From an uncultured Pseudomonadota bacterium (GTDB taxonomy: Bacteria > BMS3Abin14): DNA of 45,117 nucleotides. This document shows, piece after piece, positions 38,905 to 45,117 of this stretch (position 1 is its first letter; each line of letters begins with the position of its first letter). Location: the NCBI GenBank assembly GCA_964454175.1, contig CAYVSA010000009.1, positions 1 through 45,117 of the forward strand. Reading direction: 5' to 3'. The notes below the pieces were generated by a model. It was given only the letters and a program-made list of their open reading frames with translations. It did not search any database and was not told where the DNA came from. The translations under genes and the position numbers were made by a program.

Positions 38905-39603
38905 ATGATCCCCCTCAGGGATAATATTCCATCCAGGACCTTCCCCTTCGTAAACCTGGTACTCATTGGCCTGAGCGTAACAGCTTTCCTGTTCGAGCTC
39001 ACTCTGGGTCCTCAGATAGAGGGCTTTCTGGGTGTGTTCGGTGTTGTACCCGATCGTACCATAGCCATTTTTACATCGGCTCCAAGGCACTTCGTATATG
39101 CTGCGTTCCCCTTTGTGACATCTATTTTCCTCCATGGGGGGTGGCTTCACCTCATCGGGAACATGCTCTTTTTACACATTTTCGGTGACAACGTAGAAAG
39201 TTCTCTGGGCCACGTCAGATACGCTGTCTTCTACCTGTTGAGCGGTGTTTTCGCCTCGGCAGTGCACCTGGTAACACACCCCGGATCCTCCGTGCCGACT
39301 ATCGGTGCCAGCGGAGCAATTGCAGGTGTTATGGGAGCATATTTCCTTCTCTTTCCCCGGGCCAAGGTGCTGACTCTCGTACCCATCTTCTTCTTCATCC
39401 AGTTTATAGAGATCCCCGCAGTCATTTTTCTGGGCCTGTGGTTTCTGATACAGTTCGTCAGCGGCTCAGCCTCCCTGATGTCACAGGGGGGAACCTATGC
39501 TGGCGTGGCCTGGTGGGCCCATATTGGTGGTTTTGCGGCGGGCCTGGGTTACGTTGTATTCCGGTTCGGCACGAAAGTACTGTCAAGGGACCGTAAAAGC
39601 TGA
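38905..39603 (+). CDS. Rhomboid intramembrane serine protease
   Basis: FLHGGWLHLIGNMLFL, GASGA, WWAHIGGF. Confidence 0.95.
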   Translation: MIPLRDNIPSRTFPFVNLVLIGLSVTAFLFELTLGPQIEGFLGVFGVVPDRTIAIFTSAPRHFVYAAFPFVTSIFLHGGWLHLIGNMLFLHIFGDNVESSLGHVRYAVFYLLSGVFASAVHLVTHPGSSVPTIGASGAIAGVMGAYFLLFPRAKVLTLVPIFFFIQFIEIPAVIFLGLWFLIQFVSGSASLMSQGGTYAGVAWWAHIGGFAAGLGYVVFRFGTKVLSRDRKS

Positions 39604-39758
39604 AGAACCGTCAGTATGATCATCCCCCGGCTTTTCCGAAAGCAGGCGGAAAATGAGCAGCCGGGGAGGATCCAGTCGGTTCAGGGGGCATTTCCCATTG
39701 GAATGACAGGCGCCTTGGACTATAATGGACTGACATTAATCACTCACCGGAGGATGCC

Positions 39759-40364
39759 ATGATTCTTGACGAATATCCCAAGGAAGTAACCCTGAAAGAT
39801 GGCAGTACGATAGTATTAAGGCCCATGGTGGGGGCGGACGAAAGTGCACTGCTGGAGTTCTTCAGCGGTCTCACAGAAGCAGACCGGCTTTACCTGCGTC
39901 ACGACGTTACCAACCCGGAGGTCATCAAGTCGTGGGCCTTGAACGTGGATTACGAGAAGGTTCTGCCGATCCTTGCCTTGGCCGATGGCAAAGTTGTTGG
40001 TGATGCTACCCTGCACAGAAACCCCTTCAGCTGGATGAGGCATGTCGGCAGCATCAGGATCGTAGTGGGCAAGGAATACCGCAAAAAAGGCCTGGCAAGG
40101 ACACTGGCTGCGGAGATCTTTCAGCTGGCACTCACCGCCAAGCTTGAAAAGCTTGTTGCAGAGATGTTGACCGACCAGAAAGACGCGCAGCGTGTTTTCT
40201 CCAGGCTGGGGTTTGTTGAAGAGGCCACATTAAAAGATCATGTTCTGGATTCTGCGGGCAAAAAGCACGACATGCTCATCATGACTAACGATGTAAATAC
40301 ACTTTGGCAGAAGTGGGTCGAATTTTCCGAATCGGTCTCCGGTTCCTGGCACATGGAGGACTGA
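39759..40364 (+). CDS. GNAT N-acetyltransferase (paralog 1)
   Basis: LKDG..I.LRP, YRKKGLA acetyl-CoA motif, F..LGF. Confidence 0.88.
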   Translation: MILDEYPKEVTLKDGSTIVLRPMVGADESALLEFFSGLTEADRLYLRHDVTNPEVIKSWALNVDYEKVLPILALADGKVVGDATLHRNPFSWMRHVGSIRIVVGKEYRKKGLARTLAAEIFQLALTAKLEKLVAEMLTDQKDAQRVFSRLGFVEEATLKDHVLDSAGKKHDMLIMTNDVNTLWQKWVEFSESVSGSWHMED

Positions 40365-40421
40365 CCTGCTGCTGCAACCACCAGGACCGTGTTTTTAACC
40401 GGTAATTTCAGGGGGGATGGT

Positions 40422-40964
40422 ATGCTGTTTGAGAAATATCCGAGGGAAATTAAACTTAAGGACGGGGAGGTCATCACCCTGCGACCCATGGTGCGCATGG
40501 ATGAAGAGGCGCTGTTGGACTTTTTTGCCGGCCTTACAGACGCCGACCGCCTCTATCTTAGAAACGACGTCTCCAACCCCGGAGTCATCAAGGACTGGAT
40601 AAAAAACATCGATTACAAAAGGGTGCTGCCGATCCTGGCATGCGACGGTGACAGAGTGGTTGGGAACGCCACGCTGCACAGGAAAACTTTCGGCTGGATG
40701 AGGCATCTTGGAGAAGTGCGGATCGTAGTCTCTCCGGATTTCAGGAAAAGGGGGCTGGCCCGCCTGTTGGCAGAGGAAGTATTCGAGAACGCCATCGATG
40801 AAGAACTGGAGAAGCTGACCGCAGAAGTGGTTGTGGACCAGAAGTCCGTTATACAGGTATTTTCGAAACTGGGATTCCAGAAGGAAGTAACGCTGAAAGG
40901 TTTTGTTCTTGACGCAGATGGCACCAGGCACGATCTCGTGATCATGACAAAAGAACTTAAATGA
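40422..40964 (+). CDS. GNAT N-acetyltransferase (paralog 2)
   Basis: FRKRGLA motif; collinear with paralog 1, so the start is set at MLFEKYP. Confidence 0.88.
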   Translation: MLFEKYPREIKLKDGEVITLRPMVRMDEEALLDFFAGLTDADRLYLRNDVSNPGVIKDWIKNIDYKRVLPILACDGDRVVGNATLHRKTFGWMRHLGEVRIVVSPDFRKRGLARLLAEEVFENAIDEELEKLTAEVVVDQKSVIQVFSKLGFQKEVTLKGFVLDADGTRHDLVIMTKELK

Positions 40965-41335
40965 CGGTCATTGATCTTTCACGGCCGGCGCTGAGCGTCC
41001 TGCTGCTGGCTTTAGCAGTTACGCTTGTTTTTCCCGCAGGCTGCGCTCCAACGGTTGCCCTCAATATGGGGAGCTTCCCCGAAGCAGACCCGGTAAAGGT
41101 AATTGTACCCGGGACTACCAGCCGCCAGGAAATTTTGGATGTTTTTGGCCCTCCCGACCTTGATGGTGTTGACAGGGAAGGTCTTTTAAAGTGGACTTAT
41201 ACAAGGGTGGGGATTCACGTTGAAAAGGCAAGAGACGCGAAGATAACGAGGTTTTTCAGCCTTGTGATATCCTTCAGAGACGATGTCGTTGACTCCTACA
41301 CCTTTGATAAAAAAGCAGGGGATGGTATGCAATGA
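40961..41335 (+). CDS. Lipoprotein with a BamE/SmpA-like fold
   Basis: Lipobox PAGC; G.T...EIL..FGPP, W.Y, L.I.F.DDVV. Confidence 0.6.
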   Translation: MTVIDLSRPALSVLLLALAVTLVFPAGCAPTVALNMGSFPEADPVKVIVPGTTSRQEILDVFGPPDLDGVDREGLLKWTYTRVGIHVEKARDAKITRFFSLVISFRDDVVDSYTFDKKAGDGMQ

Positions 41336-41577
41336 TCGGCGGCCTTGGAATTCAGGAACTTCTGGTTGTTCTGGTGATCGCCCTCTTTCTTTTTGGTGGT
41401 AAAAAGCTTCCTGAGGTGGGCAAGAGCCTGGGCAGGGCTATCAGGGGCTTCAAGGATGGGACCGAGGAAGGTGCCCGGGAAGCAGAAGAACTGAAAAGAG
41501 AAAGTGAGGAACCATCCAGGGAGGACAGCTCTCCTCAGGCAGATAGCGAAAAGCCCGGAGAAACCCCGCCGGGTTGA
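41332..41577 (+). CDS. tatA: Twin-arginine translocase TatA/E
   Basis: [35 protein letters not shown]. Confidence 0.93.
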   Translation: MIGGLGIQELLVVLVIALFLFGGKKLPEVGKSLGRAIRGFKDGTEEGAREAEELKRESEEPSREDSSPQADSEKPGETPPG

Positions 41578-41591
41578 TACAGACTATAAGA

Positions 41592-41665
41592 ACATTAGAG
41601 AATTAGAGTGGTGGACAGGGATGCATATCCTGATTCGCTTTAATAATTCTCTAATGCTCTAATGT
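41592..41665. repeat. Inverted repeat built from 8-bp units, between convergent genes
   Basis: ACATTAGAGAATTAGAG (41592-41608) vs CTCTAATGCTCTAATGT (41649-41665), 16 of 17 positions complementary. Confidence 0.7.
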
Positions 41666-41670
41666 CTGGT

Positions 41671-42081
41671 TCAGAACGTCTTGAATACCTTCGCCAGCGA
41701 CTCTCCGTCAATGTGGAGCTTCATCTCGCAAAAGTAGCCATATGGTGTCAGGTGAGCTTCATACCCCGCTGCAACGAGACGTGATCTTGCATCCTCGAGG
41801 AGCTGACGGGCAAAGTCAGGATCGGCCCGGCTTTCAGAGAGATGGGAAAAAAAGTGCAGGACGACCCGTTTCGTCTCGAACTTTCCAGCAAGCCATTTGG
41901 AGTTTTTCAGAAGCTTGTCCAGGACTTTTTTCCTCCTGGTGTGATCGTCCTCCTCGGCCTGGACAAGGGCCAGGATGCAATCCGTGACCTGGACTTCAAC
42001 TTCCGAGTCAGGGGCCTCGGGCAGGCTTTTTCGGTGGGTTCTGTACCAGAAAGCAGGCGTAAAAAACATCAGCAGCTTCAT
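41671..42081 (-). CDS. Free-standing archaeal-type threonyl-tRNA synthetase editing domain protein
   Basis: MKLLMF, VVLHFFSHLS, TPYGYF, GESLAKVFK resemble the tRNA-Thr_ED YPYAHLS / APFGWY / GHPLAE motifs; GGAGGT RBS. Confidence 0.8.
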   Translation of the reverse strand: MKLLMFFTPAFWYRTHRKSLPEAPDSEVEVQVTDCILALVQAEEDDHTRRKKVLDKLLKNSKWLAGKFETKRVVLHFFSHLSESRADPDFARQLLEDARSRLVAAGYEAHLTPYGYFCEMKLHIDGESLAKVFKTF

Positions 42082-42241
42082 TGTCGGACATACCTCCGGG
42101 AAGTATTTTCTCAAATGATTATAGGGCAGGGTCGTCGTAAATGACAGCGCCGCATTTTTCTGCGCCGCAGGCAGATGTTGCAAAGGTCGGATAAAGGCTG
42201 ATAATATCTGCCGGATACAAAACCTGAAAGGACCCGAATCA

Positions 42242-43636
42242 GTGAAAAACAGACAGCCCGCAGTAGCACTACCCACCTACAGGGGAGACGTAGCATACTC
42301 GTGTATAGGGTGCGAGAGCACCTACCCCATTGAGAGGTTCTATTACACGTGTCCTGAGTGTGGTTCTCTCCTGAGGCTTGTTGACAGGAGCTTTGATACC
42401 CTCAGGGAAACGGACGGTGATGGGTGGAAGATGGTATTCGACAGCAGAAAAACGTCCAACATGCCCTCCCTGTCCGGTATTTTTCTCTTCCACGAACTCA
42501 TCCTTCCCACTGTTCCCCCCGAGGATGTGATCCACCTTGGCGAGGGGCACACACCTATGGTGCGGGCAAACGGCGACCTTTCTGATTGGGTGGGCGCTCC
42601 TTTCAGGGTAAAGAGTGACGGCCTGAATCCCTCGGCCAGCTTCAAGGACCGGGGCATGGCGAGCGCTATCAGCTACCTGAATCACGTAATAAAGAAACGA
42701 GACCTTCCGGAGGTGCTGGGCATTTGCGCAAGCACCGGGGACACTTCGGCTGCAGCAGCGCTGTACCTTTCATACCTGCCCAGGGGCAGGGTCAGGTCGG
42801 TTGTCCTGCTCCCTGAGGGGAAGGTGACCTCCCAGCAGCTTTCCCAGCCACTTGGTTCCGGGGCAACGGTTATCGAGCTTCCAGGCGTTTTCGACGACTG
42901 CATGAAGGTCGTTGAAGAACTAGCTGAAAACTACGAAGTATTTCTTTTAAACAGTAAGAACCCTGTGAGGATTAACGGGCAGAAGAGCTTTTCCTACGAG
43001 GTAGCGCAGCAGCTCGACTGGGAGGTTGAAAACCTCACGGTGATTCTACCTATTGGAAATGCGGGTAATATCACAGCAGTTATGGAAGGGTTCCTCGATC
43101 TTCACAGGCTCGACATAATCAGCTGCCTTCCCACGATCATCGGAGTGCAGAGCGAGCACGCAGATCCAGTTTTCAGGTGGAGGGAAAGTGGCGAATACAG
43201 CCCGGTCAAGGTCACACCCAGCGTCGCCCAGGCCGCCATGATAGGAGACCCGGTATCCTTCCCCAAGGTGGCCAAGCTGGTTTCAGAGCACTTTGAGGAA
43301 AGATTCAGCGTCGTCAGGGTATCAGAGCAGGAGATCATGGATGCCATGATCACTACCAACAGGCACGGTCACGTTGTGTGTACCCAGGGAGGAGAGGCAG
43401 TCGCTGGCCTGAAGAAGGCACTGAGCGGAGGCAAGGTAAGCAAAAAGGGCACTATCGTGATCGACTCCACTTCTCACCAACTGAAGTTTGGCGAGTTCCA
43501 GCGGATGTATTTCGAGGATTCATTCCCCGCAGAATATGGAGTCGTCCCGCAGCCGGAACTCGTAAACAAACCTGTGTCAATAAAGGGTGCGGCCGCTGAT
43601 GTGGCCAGATACCTGGATCTGAGCCCGAAGAAATAG
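42242..43636 (+). CDS. thrC: Threonine synthase
   Basis: N-terminal CxxC...CxxC, LGEGHTP, NPSASFKDRG (PLP lysine), CASTGDTSA, PIGNAGN. Confidence 0.93.
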   Translation: MKNRQPAVALPTYRGDVAYSCIGCESTYPIERFYYTCPECGSLLRLVDRSFDTLRETDGDGWKMVFDSRKTSNMPSLSGIFLFHELILPTVPPEDVIHLGEGHTPMVRANGDLSDWVGAPFRVKSDGLNPSASFKDRGMASAISYLNHVIKKRDLPEVLGICASTGDTSAAAALYLSYLPRGRVRSVVLLPEGKVTSQQLSQPLGSGATVIELPGVFDDCMKVVEELAENYEVFLLNSKNPVRINGQKSFSYEVAQQLDWEVENLTVILPIGNAGNITAVMEGFLDLHRLDIISCLPTIIGVQSEHADPVFRWRESGEYSPVKVTPSVAQAAMIGDPVSFPKVAKLVSEHFEERFSVVRVSEQEIMDAMITTNRHGHVVCTQGGEAVAGLKKALSGGKVSKKGTIVIDSTSHQLKFGEFQRMYFEDSFPAEYGVVPQPELVNKPVSIKGAAADVARYLDLSPKK

Positions 43637-43705
43637 GCATTTGCGGAAGGGACTCATGACACTTAAACCTTTTTTCCAGATACAATTTCACGGAGCCTTC
43701 TGACG

Positions 43706-44353
43706 GTGGCTGCACATGGATCACCCGGTACTGTCGTCCTGCTCCACGGCATTGCGAGCGCCCCACTATCCATGTCATACCTCAAACGCACCCTGGAAAA
43801 GGAAGGCTACCGGACACTTAACCTGGGTTATCATAGCACGCGTCACCCTGTTGAGGATGCGGCGGCCCGGCTCAGGGCGAAGATCAGCACAGCCGTCTCC
43901 GGCGGGGAGGTGCACTTCGTCGCTCACAGCCTGGGAAATATCGTCGTTCGAATGATGATGGCAGAGACGATGCCTGACCTTGGCCGGGTCGTCATGATAG
44001 CCCCGCCAAACAACGGTTCTGAACTTTCAGAACGGCTGAAGAACCTCGATCTTTACAGGTGGATATTCGGTCCTGCCGGGCAGCAGCTGTCTGCAGACAA
44101 CGCTGATTTCTTCAGTTCCCTCCCTGTCCCGCAATGCAGCTTCGGCATAATCGCGGGTGGACGGGGAAACGATAGAGGGTTTAACCCCCTGCTGAAGGGT
44201 GATAACGACGGCACGATAAGTGTTGAGACAACACGTCTTGAGGGGGCTTCGGACTTCGTTATGATCCACGGTCTTCACACCATGATGCTGTTTTCCCGGG
44301 AAACTGCCAGGCAGGTCCTCTCCTTTCTTGTGAGCGGTTCGTTCGTGCACTGA
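43706..44353 (+). CDS. Alpha/beta hydrolase (lipase-like)
   Basis: VVLLHG, AHSLG nucleophile elbow, PPNNGS, NDG, H. Confidence 0.88.
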   Translation: MAAHGSPGTVVLLHGIASAPLSMSYLKRTLEKEGYRTLNLGYHSTRHPVEDAAARLRAKISTAVSGGEVHFVAHSLGNIVVRMMMAETMPDLGRVVMIAPPNNGSELSERLKNLDLYRWIFGPAGQQLSADNADFFSSLPVPQCSFGIIAGGRGNDRGFNPLLKGDNDGTISVETTRLEGASDFVMIHGLHTMMLFSRETARQVLSFLVSGSFVH

Positions 44354-44480
44354 AGGAGCCGCCAGCCGATGTCCAGTTCTCGACACGAAACACTGCTTTA
44401 AAAGGCAATTGGGAGGTGTTACCCTGTCCTGGTAAGATCCTGACCGCAGGGGGACTGACGGGTAGCTGAGGAGGTTACAA

Positions 44481-44972
44481 ATGATCCTTGCCATTATGAG
44501 TGACAGCCACGATCATCGCAAGTCACTGGGTTCGGCTGTAAAGATGGCCATGGAGGAGGGGGCAAACACACTGTTTCACATGGGAGACCTGATCTCTCCC
44601 TTCATGTTGGAAGTTTTAAAAGATTTTCCCGGCAGGATATACCTGGTTATCGGGAATAATGACGGTGATCAGCTCACTATTGTGAGAAAGATGCGCCAGG
44701 AGTGTCCGCAGGTACGTGAATACTCACAACGCATAGCCGTTGAAATAGATGACCTCAGGATCTTCGCCACCCACGATCATGAGTGTGCAAGGGCATTTGC
44801 CGCGGGGGGCGACTTCGATGTGGTCCTTTACGGACACACCCACCAATTCTCCGAGCGCCGCCTCGGTGACACCCTTCTTCTCAATCCCGGCGACCTCATG
44901 GGCCTCAAGGAGGACAGGTCTTTCTGCCTTTTTGACACCCAGACCCAGGAAGTCAGGAGGCTGTTTGTCTGA
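44481..44972 (+). CDS. YfcE-like metallophosphoesterase
   Basis: SDSH, HMGD, GNND, GHTH, NPG. Confidence 0.9.
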   Translation: MILAIMSDSHDHRKSLGSAVKMAMEEGANTLFHMGDLISPFMLEVLKDFPGRIYLVIGNNDGDQLTIVRKMRQECPQVREYSQRIAVEIDDLRIFATHDHECARAFAAGGDFDVVLYGHTHQFSERRLGDTLLLNPGDLMGLKEDRSFCLFDTQTQEVRRLFV

Positions 44973-45117
44973 TGGGCAAGGTTACCTACGTTGCCTTCGG
45001 TGATTCCATCACCGACGGCTACGGAGTTTCATCCGGCTTCGTGGAGCATCTTGCCATCTGGCTTTCGGATCAGCTGCCGGGACGTGAGTTTAAAACCTTC
45101 AAGTCGGGCTGGAGCGG
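44972..45117 (+). CDS. SGNH/GDSL hydrolase (only the 5' part; runs off the window edge)
   Basis: The TGATG overlap gives MGKVTYVAFGDSITDGYGV, containing the GDS block I motif. Confidence 0.8.
   Translation, partial: MGKVTYVAFGDSITDGYGVSSGFVEHLAIWLSDQLPGREFKTFKSGWS

Noticed and set aside
42082..42241. T-box or thr attenuator upstream of thrC
   Set aside because: No T-box consensus, Thr/Ile-rich leader peptide or terminator is visible.

Overview
A 45 kb stretch of mostly core chromosome from a moderately GC-rich bacterium. The serS-tRNA-ffs-dnaX-ybaB-recR-mglBA synteny and the Geobacter-type multiheme cytochromes suggest a deltaproteobacteria-grade organism (inference). Housekeeping content includes addBA, serS, all four tRNA-Ser isoacceptors, a tRNA-Arg, SRP RNA, dnaX/ybaB/recR, mglBA, eno, tatA and thrC. 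Five things stand out. (1) The tRNA-Arg has anticodon GCG rather than ACG, in a locus that lacks tadA, which suggests inosine-independent decoding of CGN codons. (2) A porin + pentaheme lipoprotein + ~14-heme lipoprotein cluster resembles an ExtEFG-type extracellular electron conduit, and 5 of its heme motifs are non-canonical. (3) An AT-rich toxin islet (Fic + HipBA) has no mobility gene, carries two identical-spacing TATCAA-N11-TTGATA operators, and has a repeat- and hairpin-rich left flank. (4) Short 7-9 bp periodic micro-repeats are dispersed at gene junctions. (5) A free-standing archaeal-type ThrRS editing domain lies divergent from thrC. No CRISPR array, integrase, transposase or rRNA was seen. 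All family calls come from motif recognition by eye; no database searches were run.
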